A stretch of DNA of 64,000 nt from Candidatus Eiseniibacteriota bacterium (GTDB taxonomy: Bacteria; Eisenbacteria; RBG-16-71-46), in NCBI GenBank assembly GCA_038231135.1, contig JBBRLX010000007.1:1087-65086 (forward strand), given 5' to 3'. A program made the position numbers and the translations under genes. Below, one piece after another: positions 1 to 15,421 of the stretch. A model generated the notes under the pieces. The model did not search any database and was not told the DNA's origin. It was given only the letters and a program-made list of their open reading frames with translations. The stretch's first letter is position 1. The number at the start of each line of letters is the position of its first letter.

Positions 1-222
1 GACCGTGAGCGCGCCCTGGACCCGCAACGGGTCGAGCGACAGCCGGGTGGCGAGATTGACGGTATGGACGTTGCCCGGCAGCTCCGTGCGCGCCACCACC
101 GTGCCCGCTTCGACCGCGTCGCCCGCCTGGACCAGCACGTCGCCCTTGAGCGGCAGCCGGCGCTCGCGGCGCAGCACGGCGTGACCGGTGACGCGCAGGC
201 CCGGAGTGTAGGCATGGGCCAC
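1..222 (-). CDS. Hypothetical protein, N-terminal fragment (runs off left edge); translationally coupled to upstream GlmL-like gene
   Basis: GTG at 222-220 sits 1 nt after the TGA of the upstream gene and is preceded by GGGAGGTG. Frame is open to position 1 with strong GC3 bias. Translation MAHAYTPGLRVTGHAVLRRERRLPLKGDVLVQAGDAVEAG... has no family I can name confidently. Confidence 0.45.
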   Translation of the reverse strand, partial: MAHAYTPGLRVTGHAVLRRERRLPLKGDVLVQAGDAVEAGTVVARTELPGNVHTVNLATRLSLDPLRVQGALTV

Positions 223-223
223 G

Positions 224-2062
224 TCACACCTCCCGCGGATACACGCTGAGCGCCCGGTTCCAGGCGCGCAGCCGCGCGATGCGGCTCGGGGCGTCGGTGG
301 GCATCGTGAACGGCTGCCGGCCGCGCGTGTCGACGATCAGCCCCACCACGCCGCCCTGCACCGTGGCCGCGAGCGGCCGGCCGCGGCCCGCGCCCACGTC
401 GAAGCCGCGCTCGGGCGTGACCGTCAGCTTCACGGTGCCGGTCGCGGGCAGCGGCAGCAGCATGAGCTCGCCGAACGGCACCGCGTGGCGCACGGGTGCC
501 TGGCCTTCGGCTTCGAGCTCGAGTTCGAGGCACTTGTGCCCCGGCTTGCCCCCGCCCACCGGCGCGATCACGGCGCCGAGCCGGATCAGGCAGTCGCGCT
601 CGAACACCTCGGTGGCCGCCTGCTCGTGCACCGTCGACAGCACGCCGAGCTGGGGCGCCATGAAGATGCTGTCCACGGCGAGCTGCGTGAGGCCTTCGGG
701 CAGGAACGCGTCCACCATCATCAGCGCCGACTGCACGCGGCGCGGCGCGTGCGACAGCACGCCGCCCGAGCCGACGAGCAATCCCAGGTCGAGCAGGTTC
801 ACCAGCGTGGCGCCGCTCTCGGTTTGGGACACGATGTCCGAGATCGTGCGCTCAGTCTGGATGCCCTTGAGGCCGACGGCCAGCGCCTTGTGCTGCTCGA
901 ACGCCAGCCGCAGCGCCTCGCGCGCGATCGCCTGCTCGATCACCAGGTCCTCCAGCGTCTGCGGGATCGTGGTGGGCCGGATCATCTTGTTCTTGATCCG
1001 GTTGCGCAGGCCGGTCTCGTCGACGTCGAACGGCACCCAGCGCAGGATGTTCTCGATCCCCGCCTCGGCCATGACGTTCGACACCGAGTAGCTCATGCCG
1101 AGGTTCGCCGACACCGTGCGGTTGAACACGTCCTGGAACACCGAGAACACGTCGGTCGTGGCGCCGCCGATGTCGACCCCGACGACCGCCATGCGGTCGC
1201 GCTTCGCGACCTTCTCGATGATCAGCCCGACGGCGCCGGGGGTCGGCATGATCGGCACCGGCGACCACGTCATCAGCTTCTTGTAGCCGGGCGCGTGCGC
1301 CATCACGTGTTCCATGAACAGGTCGTGGATCGCGTCGCGCGCGGGCCGCAGGTTCTCGCGCTCGAGCGTCGGGCGCAGATTCGGCACCACGCTCAGCGCC
1401 GTGCGCTCCGCCAGGCACTCGCGCACGATGTCCGCGGCGTCCTTGTTGCCGGCGTAGATCACCGGCAGCTGATAGCCGGCGCCGAGCCGCGCCTTGGGAT
1501 CCGCGGCGAGCAGGATCTCCGCCATCTCGGCGACGCGCTTCACGTCGCCCCCGTCGGTGCCGCCCGACAGCAGGATCATGTCGGGCCTGAGCTGGCGCAG
1601 CCGCCGGATCTTCTCGTAGGGCCGCCGGCCGTCGTTGAGCGCGATCACGTCCATCACGATCGCCCCCGCGCCGAGCGCCGCGCGCTGCGCGCTCTCCCCG
1701 GTCATCTGCAGCACCAGCCCCGACACCATCATCTGCAGTCCGCCGCCGGCGCTCGACGTGGACACGTACAGGTCGACGCCGGCATCGCCCGAGCGCGGGG
1801 TGACGATCCGGTCAGAGTCGAGCAGCCGCCGCCCCGCCAGCTCCTCCACCTCGCGCACCGCGTTGAGCACGCCGCGCGTCACGTCCTCGAACGGCGCCTC
1901 GACCGTCGTCGGCGCCTCGCCGCGGGCGACGAGCCGGTACCCGTCCGGGCCGCGCTCGATCAGGATCGCCTTGGTGGTGGTCGAGCCGCAGTCGGTGGCG
2001 AGGATCGACCCGATGGTCGACGGATCGATCGCGGCCGCGGACGGCGAATTCGGGGCGGTCAC
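224..2062 (-). CDS. GlmL/MutL-family (glutamate-mutase-L-like) double ASKHA-fold ATPase-like protein, 612 aa
   Basis: Two sugar-kinase/hydantoinase-type phosphate-1 motifs (ILATDCGSTTTKAIL near the N-terminus and VVGVDIGGATTDVFSV mid-protein). GTG start overlaps the upstream stop (GTGA). Confidence 0.55.
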   Translation of the reverse strand: MTAPNSPSAAAIDPSTIGSILATDCGSTTTKAILIERGPDGYRLVARGEAPTTVEAPFEDVTRGVLNAVREVEELAGRRLLDSDRIVTPRSGDAGVDLYVSTSSAGGGLQMMVSGLVLQMTGESAQRAALGAGAIVMDVIALNDGRRPYEKIRRLRQLRPDMILLSGGTDGGDVKRVAEMAEILLAADPKARLGAGYQLPVIYAGNKDAADIVRECLAERTALSVVPNLRPTLERENLRPARDAIHDLFMEHVMAHAPGYKKLMTWSPVPIMPTPGAVGLIIEKVAKRDRMAVVGVDIGGATTDVFSVFQDVFNRTVSANLGMSYSVSNVMAEAGIENILRWVPFDVDETGLRNRIKNKMIRPTTIPQTLEDLVIEQAIAREALRLAFEQHKALAVGLKGIQTERTISDIVSQTESGATLVNLLDLGLLVGSGGVLSHAPRRVQSALMMVDAFLPEGLTQLAVDSIFMAPQLGVLSTVHEQAATEVFERDCLIRLGAVIAPVGGGKPGHKCLELELEAEGQAPVRHAVPFGELMLLPLPATGTVKLTVTPERGFDVGAGRGRPLAATVQGGVVGLIVDTRGRQPFTMPTDAPSRIARLRAWNRALSVYPREV

Positions 2063-2415
2063 GAGCGCTCTCCCGGTTTGTCGCTGGCCGCCGGTGGCGT
2101 TGCCGCGGAGTGCCGCGCCGCGCGGCGCGCCGCCTGCGCCAGGTTGGCCCGGCGTTCGATCGCGTTCAACAGCGCATCGATCGTCTCGCGGCGCTCGATC
2201 AGCGCTGCGAACCGCCGGTAGTCGGGCAGCCGCAGCAGCGCACCCACGATCGGCTCGAAGAAGTGCAGCGTCTGCCCGGCGATCAGGCTCAGCGGCCGGC
2301 CGCCTTCGAGCACCAGGATCGCCGCCGCCTCCGCGCGCAGCTCCACGATGCGCGCCGCGATGCGGTCGAGCAGCTCGAGGTCCTGGGGCGCGAGGCCCGC
2401 GACGTCAGAGGCCAT
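2059..2415 (-). CDS. Hypothetical small helical protein (about 119 aa)
   Basis: ATG at MASDVAGL... inside ORF 2059..2625. Stop overlaps the start of the GlmL-like gene; start overlaps the end of the upstream membrane protein by about 11 nt. Coding-like codon usage. Confidence 0.4.
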   Translation of the reverse strand: MASDVAGLAPQDLELLDRIAARIVELRAEAAAILVLEGGRPLSLIAGQTLHFFEPIVGALLRLPDYRRFAALIERRETIDALLNAIERRANLAQAARRAARHSAATPPAASDKPGERS

Positions 2416-2938
2416 GGCGCTCGAGGACTCCCGCCGCGGCCGCAACCAGCTCGTCGCGCCGCCCGCGCGGCACCGGCAGCACCAGCGCGCGGAACGCATC
2501 GAGCCGACCGGGGCGCAGGAACGGCGACACCAGGATCGAGCCCGGCGCGACGCGCGCGCGACGCAGCTCGGCCCACGGACGGCGCTCCCAGCCGAACGGG
2601 CCGCGCACCGCGACCCCCGCCGCATCGATCACGCAGCGCTGCGCGACGAGCAGCGGGCTGAGCGTGCCGGCGACCGCGAGCGCCAGCAGCACGGCGAGCA
2701 CCGCCGCCTGCCCCGTGTATCGCGTGAGCAGGAACGCGGCCAGCACGCAGCCCGTCGCCAGCAGCGCGCGGCGCGGATCCTCCCGCCACGGATCGAACGA
2801 CCAGTCGAGCCGCGCCAGGTCCGCGGCCGCGCCGGATCCGGAAGTTGCCGCGGCGGGACCGGTCGACAGTGCCGGCTTAGGCGGGTATGGCGTGCCGGCC
2901 GAATTAGGGGCGGCCGCCGGCAGGGGGCGTGAACTCAT
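2405..2938 (-). CDS. Hypothetical membrane protein (Ala/Pro-rich N-terminus, two predicted TM helices)
   Basis: ATG overlaps the gcvPB stop (ATGA). Hydrophobic segment LLATGCVLAAFLLTRYTGQAAVLAVLLALAVAGTLSPLLVA. Confidence 0.5.
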   Translation of the reverse strand: MSSRPLPAAAPNSAGTPYPPKPALSTGPAAATSGSGAAADLARLDWSFDPWREDPRRALLATGCVLAAFLLTRYTGQAAVLAVLLALAVAGTLSPLLVAQRCVIDAAGVAVRGPFGWERRPWAELRRARVAPGSILVSPFLRPGRLDAFRALVLPVPRGRRDELVAAAAGVLERHGL

Positions 2939-4455
2939 TTGCGGCTGGCGGCCTCCGGCGGCGCGGCGGCGGGAGCGGCGTGCGGCGCCGTCCAGCGCAA
3001 CTTGAGCTCACGGGCGGCGCGCCCCTCGTCGAGGCGGCTCACCGGCGTGTCGAACGGCGCCTCGCGCAGCAGCGCCGGGTCCTCGGCGGCCTCGCGGGCC
3101 ACCCGCTCCATCGCGGCGGCGAAGTGCTCGAGCCGGTCCAGGGTCTCGGTCTCGGTGGGCTCGATCATCAGCGCCTCTTCCACGATCAGCGGGAAGTACA
3201 CGGTCGGGGCGTGCACGCCGAAGTCGAGCAGCCGCTTCGCCACGTCCAGCGTGCGGATGCCGTAACGCCGGAGCGAGCGGCCCGACAGCACGAACTCGTG
3301 CATGCAGTGTTCCGGGTTCGGCAGATCGTAGGTGCCGGCCAGCCGCCGCATCAGCCAGTTGGCGTTCAGGATCGCGGTGCGGCTCACGCGCTCGAGCCCC
3401 GCGGGCCCGAGTGTGAGGATGTAGGCCAGCGCGCGCACCAGGATGCCGAAGTTGCCGTGGAACGAATGCACGCGTCCGATCGATTGCGGCCGGTCGTGCA
3501 CCAGCGCGAACACGCCGTCGTTCTCGACCACCACCGGCGACGGCAGGAACGGCTCGAGATGCGCGGCCACCGCCACCGGGCCCGCACCCGGGCCGCCGCC
3601 GCCATGCGGGGTCGAGAACGTCTTGTGCACGTTGATGTGCATGACGTCGAACCCGAGATCCGCCGGGCGCACGAGGCCCACGAGCGCGTTCAGGTTGGCG
3701 CCGTCCATGTAGACCTGGGCGCCCGCGGCGTGCGCGAGCTTCGTGACTTCGAGGATGCGCGGCTCGAACAGCCCGAGCGTGTTCGGCACCGTGAACATCA
3801 CGGCGGCCGTGGTGTCGTCGAGCGCCTGCGCCAGCGCCTCGAGATTCACCGTCGCATGCTCGCCCGACGGAATCGTCACGGTCTCCCAGCCCAGCAGGTT
3901 GACGCTGGCGGGGTTCGTGCCGTGCGCCGAATCCGGCACGATCACCTTGCGGCGCCGGTCGCCCTCGTTGCGCGACCGATGCCACGCGCGGATCAGCATC
4001 AGCCCGGTCATCTCGCCCTGGGCGCCGGCGGCCGGCTGGGTGGTGACGGCGTGGAATCCGGTGATCGCGGCCAGCACCTGCTGCAACTCGAAGATCACCC
4101 GCAGCGCACCCTGGCTCGCGGCATCCGGCGCGAGCGGGTGGGCGAGCGCAAATCCAGGCAGCGACGCGAGTTCGTCGTTGATCTTCGGGTTGTACTTCAT
4201 CGTGCACGAACCCAAAGGATAGAGCCCGCGATCGATGTGGTGATTGAGCGTCGACAACTCGATGAAGTGCCGCACGACCTCGGGCTCCGACACCTGCGGG
4301 AACTCGAGCCCGTCGCGGAGCGCGATGCCCGGCAGCAACTCGGCGAGCGGCTGCGCCGGCACGTCGCACGCCGGCAGCTCGGGACCGCGGTGTCCGGGTC
4401 CGCCCTGTTCGATCAGCAGCCGGCGCGGGAACGCCAGGTTCTCGGTGCGGGTCAC
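2935..4455 (-). CDS. gcvPB: Glycine dehydrogenase (decarboxylating) subunit 2, GcvPB
   Basis: PLP-dependent P-protein C-terminal half motifs (YPLGSCTMKYNP, HINVHKTFSTPHGGGGPG). GTG start overlaps the gcvPA TGA and is preceded by GGGAGG. Confidence 0.9.
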   Translation of the reverse strand: MTRTENLAFPRRLLIEQGGPGHRGPELPACDVPAQPLAELLPGIALRDGLEFPQVSEPEVVRHFIELSTLNHHIDRGLYPLGSCTMKYNPKINDELASLPGFALAHPLAPDAASQGALRVIFELQQVLAAITGFHAVTTQPAAGAQGEMTGLMLIRAWHRSRNEGDRRRKVIVPDSAHGTNPASVNLLGWETVTIPSGEHATVNLEALAQALDDTTAAVMFTVPNTLGLFEPRILEVTKLAHAAGAQVYMDGANLNALVGLVRPADLGFDVMHINVHKTFSTPHGGGGPGAGPVAVAAHLEPFLPSPVVVENDGVFALVHDRPQSIGRVHSFHGNFGILVRALAYILTLGPAGLERVSRTAILNANWLMRRLAGTYDLPNPEHCMHEFVLSGRSLRRYGIRTLDVAKRLLDFGVHAPTVYFPLIVEEALMIEPTETETLDRLEHFAAAMERVAREAAEDPALLREAPFDTPVSRLDEGRAARELKLRWTAPHAAPAAAPPEAASRK

Positions 4456-5792
4456 GCGCGGCCTCCCGCGCGGCGCAGCACTTGGGCCCACGCCTCGACG
4501 TCGGCGGCGCTGCGCTGTTCGGTCACCGCGACGAGCAGCAGGTTCCGCCACTCCGGCTTGAACTGGCCGAGGTCGGTGCCCGGCAGGACCTGGGCGTCGA
4601 GCCCCGCGGCGTAGACCGCGGCGGCGGGCACCGGGCACTCCAGCACGAACTCGCGGAAGAACGGCGCGGCATGCGCGCGCCGGTACCCGGGGATCGCGGC
4701 CGCGAGCTGGGCCGCGTGGTGCGTCTTCTGGACGCACAGTTCCGCGACCTCGCGCATGCCCTGCCGGCCCAGCAGCCCCATGTGGATCGTGGCGCGCAGC
4801 GCGAGCAACCCCTGATTCGTGCAGATGTTGGACGTCGCCTTCTCGCGCCGGATGTGCTGCTCGCGGGTCTGCAGTGTGAGCACGAACCCGCGGCGGCCCT
4901 GGGCGTCGACCGTCTCGCCGGCGAGCCGCCCCGGCATGCGTCGCACCAGCGCCTGCCGGCACGCGAACAGCCCGAGCCCCGGCCCGCCGAACGACGCCGG
5001 GATGCCGAGCGGCTGGCCCTCGCCCACCACGATGTCGGCGCCGGCCCTGCCGGGCGGCTCGAGCAGCGCGAGCGCGATGGGATCGGCGACCGCGACCGCG
5101 AGCGCGCCCACTTCGTGCGCCATGGCGTGCAGCCCGCGCGGGTTCTCGAGCAGTCCGAAGAAGTTCGGCTGCTGATACACCACGCACGCCACCTCGGGAC
5201 CCAGCGCGTCGCGCAGCCCGGCGCCGGGGCAGATGCCGCCCTGGTCCGCGACCTCGATCACGTCGGCGCCGTCGAGATAGGTGCGCAGCACGCCCAGGTA
5301 GTTCGGGTGGAGCGCACCCGCGATCACCACGCGGCGGCGGCCGGTGTGGCCGCGCGCCAGCAGCACGCCCTCGACCAGCGCGGTGGCGCCGTCGTAGAGC
5401 GACGCGTTCGCCACGTCGCAACCCGTCAGCTCCGCGATCATGCTCTGGAACTCGAAGATCACGGTGAGCGAGCCCTGCGCCACCTCGGGCTGGTAGGGCG
5501 TGTAGGCGGTGGCGAACTCGGAGCGCATCGCGATCGCGTTCACCGCCGACGGCACGTAGTGGTCGTACGAACCGCCGCCCATGAACGACACGGCGCGGGC
5601 CGCGGCGTTCGTGCCGGCCCAGGCGCCGAACGTGCGGCGCAGCTCGATCTCGGACAGCGGCCCCGCCACCGGTAGCGGCCGGCGCAGCCGGACCTCCTGC
5701 GGCAGCGCCTTCAGGAGTTCGTCGAAGTCCTTGACGCCGATCTCGCGCAGCATGCGCTGCTGTTCGTCGTGCCCGATTCCGGTGAAGCTCAC
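4452..5792 (-). CDS. gcvPA: Glycine dehydrogenase (decarboxylating) subunit 1, GcvPA
   Basis: N-terminal half of P-protein (TPYQPEVAQGSL..., FGGPGLGLFA). GTG start overlaps the gcvH stop. 447 aa, the typical size. Confidence 0.9.
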   Translation of the reverse strand: MSFTGIGHDEQQRMLREIGVKDFDELLKALPQEVRLRRPLPVAGPLSEIELRRTFGAWAGTNAAARAVSFMGGGSYDHYVPSAVNAIAMRSEFATAYTPYQPEVAQGSLTVIFEFQSMIAELTGCDVANASLYDGATALVEGVLLARGHTGRRRVVIAGALHPNYLGVLRTYLDGADVIEVADQGGICPGAGLRDALGPEVACVVYQQPNFFGLLENPRGLHAMAHEVGALAVAVADPIALALLEPPGRAGADIVVGEGQPLGIPASFGGPGLGLFACRQALVRRMPGRLAGETVDAQGRRGFVLTLQTREQHIRREKATSNICTNQGLLALRATIHMGLLGRQGMREVAELCVQKTHHAAQLAAAIPGYRRAHAAPFFREFVLECPVPAAAVYAAGLDAQVLPGTDLGQFKPEWRNLLLVAVTEQRSAADVEAWAQVLRRAGGRA

Positions 5793-6178
5793 GCGTGTTG
5801 CTCCTCGATCAGGCGCGCATAGGCGTCGTGGTCCATGAGTTTCGACAGGTCCGCCGCGTTCGCCGGTTTGACGCGGATCATCCAGCCGCCGCCGAACGGC
5901 TCGGCGTTGACGAGCTCGGGGTGCTCCGTGAGCCCCCCGTTGGTCTCCACCACCTCGCCCGCCAGCGGCGCGTAGAGATCGCTGACCGTCTTCACCGCCT
6001 CCACCACACCGAACGGCTTCATGGCGTCGAGCTTGCGCCCGACTTCGGGCAGCTCGACGAACACGACGTCCCCGAGCTGCTCGCTGGCGTAGCTCGTGAT
6101 GCCGATCGTGACGAGGCCGTTCTCCAGCCGCGCCCATTCGTGCTCCGCGGTGTAGCGCACATCCTCGGGATACGCCAA
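5789..6178 (-). CDS. gcvH: Glycine cleavage system H protein
   Basis: YTAEHEWAR...GLVTIGIT...VEAVKTVSDLYAPLAGEVVE lipoyl-domain pattern. TTG start 5 nt after GGAGG. Confidence 0.85.
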   Translation of the reverse strand: MAYPEDVRYTAEHEWARLENGLVTIGITSYASEQLGDVVFVELPEVGRKLDAMKPFGVVEAVKTVSDLYAPLAGEVVETNGGLTEHPELVNAEPFGGGWMIRVKPANAADLSKLMDHDAYARLIEEQHA

Positions 6179-6245
6179 GACTGCCTCCTGTCGAATTCGG
6201 GTCCGATCGAACGCCGGCCGGTCAGGCCCTGCGGGGCTTAGGGCG

Positions 6246-7352
6246 TCACTTGCGTGAGCCGTGCTTCCAGAACGGCGGCGACGCCACGCGCACCGGCAGC
6301 CGCGTCGCACCGGAAACCGCCTCGAGCTCGACGCCGGGGCGCGCGACCTCGAGCTCCACGTAGCCCATGCCGATCGGCCGCTCGAGGCTCGGGCTGTGGG
6401 TGCCGCTCGTCACGTTGCCCACCGCCCGGCCCTGGGACTCGAGGATCATCCCATGGCGCGCAACCCGGCGGCCGTCGAGCTCGAATCCGACGAGCTTGCG
6501 CCCCAGGCCGCGCTCCTGCTGCTTCACCAGCACGTCACGCCCGATGAACGCCGGTTTCCTCAGCTTCACGGTCCACTTGAGGCCCGCTTCGAGCGGCGTG
6601 GTCGTGTCGTCGATGTCGTTGCCGTACAGCATGTAGCCCATCTCGAGCCGCAGCGTGTCGCGGGCCCCGAGCCCCACGGGCTCCATGCCGACCGCCGACC
6701 CCGCGGCCATCAGGCCGTTCCACACCGTGCCCGCGTGCCGGGGGTCGAAGTACAGCTCGAACCCGTCCTCGCCCGTGTAGCCGGTGCGCGCGATCACGGC
6801 GTCGACCCCGAACAGTGGCCCCGCAAGGAACCGGTAGTAGCCCAGCTCGAGCGCCTGGTCGGGCACGTGGCCGCGCAGCACCTCGGGGGACTTGGGGCCC
6901 TGCACCGCGAGCAGCGCCGTCGCGTCCGAGCGGTCCTCGAACGCAACGCCCTGCGGACAGTGCTGCTTCATCCACTCGAAGTCCTTGAACCGGTTCGAGG
7001 CGTTGACCACCACCATGAAGTGGTCCGCCGCGCGATACACCAGCAGATCGTCGACGATGCCGGCGTCCGCGCGGCACATCGGCGAATACAGCGCCTGGCC
7101 CACCGCCATCGCCTGGACGTCGTTCACGAGCAACAGATCGAGGAACTCCGCCGCGCCCGCCCCCGACACGAAGAACTCGCCCATGTGGCTGATGTCGAAC
7201 AGGCCGGCGCGCTGGCGCACACACTGATGCTCGCGCACGTCGCCGCTGTACCGCACCGGCATCTCGAAGCCGGCGAAGTCGATGAGCTTCCCGCCCGCCG
7301 CCCGATGGAACTCGTAGAACGGCGTGCGCTTGGGGGTTACGTGGGTTTCCAC
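6246..7352 (-). CDS. gcvT: Aminomethyltransferase (glycine cleavage T protein)
   Basis: TPFYEFH...GFEMPVRYSG...DISHMGEF T-protein signature. GTG start preceded by GGAG. The rest of the 692-aa ORF upstream is read-through, not coding. Confidence 0.88.
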   Translation of the reverse strand: METHVTPKRTPFYEFHRAAGGKLIDFAGFEMPVRYSGDVREHQCVRQRAGLFDISHMGEFFVSGAGAAEFLDLLLVNDVQAMAVGQALYSPMCRADAGIVDDLLVYRAADHFMVVVNASNRFKDFEWMKQHCPQGVAFEDRSDATALLAVQGPKSPEVLRGHVPDQALELGYYRFLAGPLFGVDAVIARTGYTGEDGFELYFDPRHAGTVWNGLMAAGSAVGMEPVGLGARDTLRLEMGYMLYGNDIDDTTTPLEAGLKWTVKLRKPAFIGRDVLVKQQERGLGRKLVGFELDGRRVARHGMILESQGRAVGNVTSGTHSPSLERPIGMGYVELEVARPGVELEAVSGATRLPVRVASPPFWKHGSRK

Positions 7353-7438
7353 GGGAACACTCCATATTCGACCGGGGTGGGTAAACGCCGGGAACACTAC
7401 GGTTCCGTGCCGCACCCGGTCAAACCCGGGCGGCACAC

Positions 7439-8667
<1,229 letters not shown>

Positions 8668-8668
<1 letters not shown>

Positions 8669-9711
8669 CAGGCCTCCGCCCCCCATGGCACCAGCACGAC
8701 CTTGCCGGCGCTGCCGCCCTTGAGCAGCGCGATCGCGTCGTCGAACCGCTCCATCGGCATCACGTGGGTGATCGCCGGCGTCAGGTCGAGACGGCCCGAG
8801 CCGAGCAGGTTGTCGAGCTGAACCCAGGTGTCGTACATGCGCCGGCCGATGATGCCGTGCACGGTGATGCCCTTGAAGATCACGAGCCGGTTCCAGTCGA
8901 GCTCGAACGGCTCCTTGGGGAGCCCGAGCAGCGACAGCCGGCCGCCGTTGCGGAGCGCCGCGAGCCCGTCGCGCATCGCGGCCGGACTGCCCGACATCTC
9001 GAGCACGCCGTCGAGCCCGTGACCGCCGGTGACCGCCAGCGCCCGCTCGGCGAGCGACTCCTTCGACGCGTCGACGACCAGGTCCGCGTGCATGCGGCGC
9101 GCGAGCTCCAGCCGGTAGGGCGACACGTCGGACGCGATCACGCGCGCGGCCCCCGCGGCCTTCGCCACGCCGATCGCGAACAGCCCGATCGGCCCGCAGC
9201 CGGTGATTCCGATGTTGCAGCCCGACAGCGGGCCCGAGAACGCGGTGTGCACCGCGTTGCCGCACGGCTCCATCACCGCCGCCACCTCGAGCGATACGTT
9301 CGCCGGAATGCGCCACGCGTTCACCGCCGGCACCGCGACGTATTCCGCGAAGCCACCCGGGATGTCGACGCCGAGGATGCGGGTGTTCTCGCACACGTGC
9401 CCGTTGCCGGTCCGGCACGCGAGGCAGGTGCCGTCGATGACGTGGCTCTCGCACGCCACGCGGTCGCCGGGCGCCCAGCGCTCGACGCCGGTGCCGACCT
9501 CGACGATCTCGCCGACGAATTCGTGGCCCAGCGTGACCGGCGGTCGCATGCGGCCGGCGGACCAGCGGTCCCATTCGTGAATGTGCAGATCGGTGCCGCA
9601 GACGCCGGCGCGCAGCACGCGCAACAGCAGTTCGCCCGGTCCGCAGCCGGGCGTCGGGACTTCACGGATCTCGATTCCCGGTCCGGGAGCCGCCTTGACG
9701 ATCGCACGCAT
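8668..9711 (-). CDS. tdh: L-threonine 3-dehydrogenase
   Basis: Zn-dependent MDR ADH motifs ([19 protein letters not shown]). Start MRAIVK chosen inside the longer ORF. Confidence 0.85.
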
Positions 9712-9841
9712 CGTGCGCGCTCGCGTGCCGCGGGATGTGCCAGGGAGCGCAGTCGTGGCGGGGGTGCCAGGGGTCATGACGACGATCCTCGCAAGTTCTT
9801 GATTGGGTTCCGTGCGCGAAAGTGCAGGGAAATCCCAGATA

Positions 9842-12781
<2,940 letters not shown>

Positions 12782-12787
12782 GAGCGG

Positions 12788-12825
12788 GGAACTATAGCCG
12801 ACTGCCCGCCCGTGCACCAAACCGT
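12788..12825 (-). promoter_or_regulatory. Candidate sigma70-type promoter of uvrA (-35 TTGGTG, 18-nt spacer, -10 TATAGT; short leader)
   Basis: Read on the minus strand: TTGGTGcacgggcgggcagtcggcTATAGTtccccgctcATG. Confidence 0.35.
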
Positions 12826-12930
12826 CGGTCCGACCACGGCCTGGCGCTGCATGCCGGGGAGCCGCCACCCGCAGGCGGGCGCGGGGTCACACCACAGCTG
12901 CGCCGTTCGCTGCCGGCGCCGCCCGTACGC

Positions 12931-14199
<1,269 letters not shown>

Positions 14200-14203
14200 G
14201 GTG

Positions 14204-15421
14204 TTACTCGTACCGCAGCGCTTCGATCGGGTCGAGCCGGGCCGCGCGCCACGCGGGATAGGAGCCGAAGAAGATGCCGATCATGCACGACATCAAGATG
14301 CCGAGCCCGACCGCGGGGAAACTGACTGCGGCGGGCAGCGGACTCAATGCCCCCACGAGCAGCGCGATCCCCACCCCGAGCGCAATCCCCAAAATCCCTC
14401 CCGACAGCGACAGCGTCGTGGACTCGGTCAGGAACTGCGTCAGGATGTCGCGCCGCCGGGCGCCGAGCGCCTTGCGGATGCCGATCTCGCGGGTGCGCTC
14501 GGTGACCGACACCAGCATGATGTTCATGATCACGATGCCGCCGACCAGCAGCGAGATCGCCGCCACGCCGATCGTCACAACGTAGATGCCGCCGGTGAGG
14601 TTGTTGTAGAACGACAGCCAGGTGTCGGACGTGGTGATCGCGAACGTGTCGGGTTTGCCGGGCGCCAGGTGCCGGCGGCCGCGCATGATGTTGCGCGCCT
14701 CCTGTTCCGCCACTGGCAGCGACGCCTGATCCACGCTCTTGACCGCGATCTCGATCGAGCCGCGCTCCCGCTTGTACTTGACGAACGAGCGGATCGGGAT
14801 CGCGATGAACCGGTCCTGGGTCTGGCCGAGCAGCTTGCCCTTGGCCTCCGTCACCCCGACGACCTGGAACGTCTGCTCGCCGAGCCGGATCTCGCGGTCG
14901 ACCGCGCCCAGGCCGTGGAACAGCTCCTCGGACACCTCGGGCCCGATCACGCACACCGCGCGCCGCCGCTGGTCGTCGAGTTCCGTGAGATGCCGGCCGT
15001 CCGTGATCTTCAGATCCTCGGTGATCTCGTAGCCCGGCGAGCGGCCGCGGATATCGACCCCGTTCGCGCGCTCGGTCTTCCACCGCACGTTCTCGCGGGT
15101 GCTGGACTGGGCGATCACCAGCGACGCGTGGCGCACGCCCGCGCGCAGCGCATCGGCGTCCTCGATCGTGACGTCGGGGCGCTTCATGGCGTCCTGGTAC
15201 GCCTCATCGCTGGTGATGAACCCGAACTTGTCCACCGAGAACGTGTTCGAGCCGGCCTGGATCAGCTTGTCCGACACGAACCGGTTGAGGCCCTCGACGA
15301 ACGACACCACCGCGATCACCGACGCCACCCCGATGATCGTGCCGAGCAGCGTCAGGAACGACCGCAGCTTGTTCGCGCGCACCGCCCCCAGCGCGATCCC
15401 GACGCTCTCGCGCAGGTTCAC
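14204..15421 (-). CDS. ABC transporter permease, FtsX/MacB-like (paralog)
   Basis: Same architecture as 12931..14199 ([14 protein letters not shown]). Confidence 0.8.
   Translation of the reverse strand: MNLRESVGIALGAVRANKLRSFLTLLGTIIGVASVIAVVSFVEGLNRFVSDKLIQAGSNTFSVDKFGFITSDEAYQDAMKRPDVTIEDADALRAGVRHASLVIAQSSTRENVRWKTERANGVDIRGRSPGYEITEDLKITDGRHLTELDDQRRRAVCVIGPEVSEELFHGLGAVDREIRLGEQTFQVVGVTEAKGKLLGQTQDRFIAIPIRSFVKYKRERGSIEIAVKSVDQASLPVAEQEARNIMRGRRHLAPGKPDTFAITTSDTWLSFYNNLTGGIYVVTIGVAAISLLVGGIVIMNIMLVSVTERTREIGIRKALGARRRDILTQFLTESTTLSLSGGILGIALGVGIALLVGALSPLPAAVSFPAVGLGILMSCMIGIFFGSYPAWRAARLDPIEALRYE

Noticed and set aside
7353-7438. Possible glycine riboswitch in the spacer upstream of gcvT
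   Set aside because: The spacer is only 87 nt and shows two hairpins but none of the conserved glycine-aptamer cores. It is more likely a kbl-proximal stem-loop or attenuator. Reported only as an absence.
9712-9841. TATGAT -10-like box upstream of tdh
   Set aside because: It overlaps the uvrA stop codon (GTGCTATGA) and has no convincing -35 at the proper spacing. Too weak to call as a promoter.
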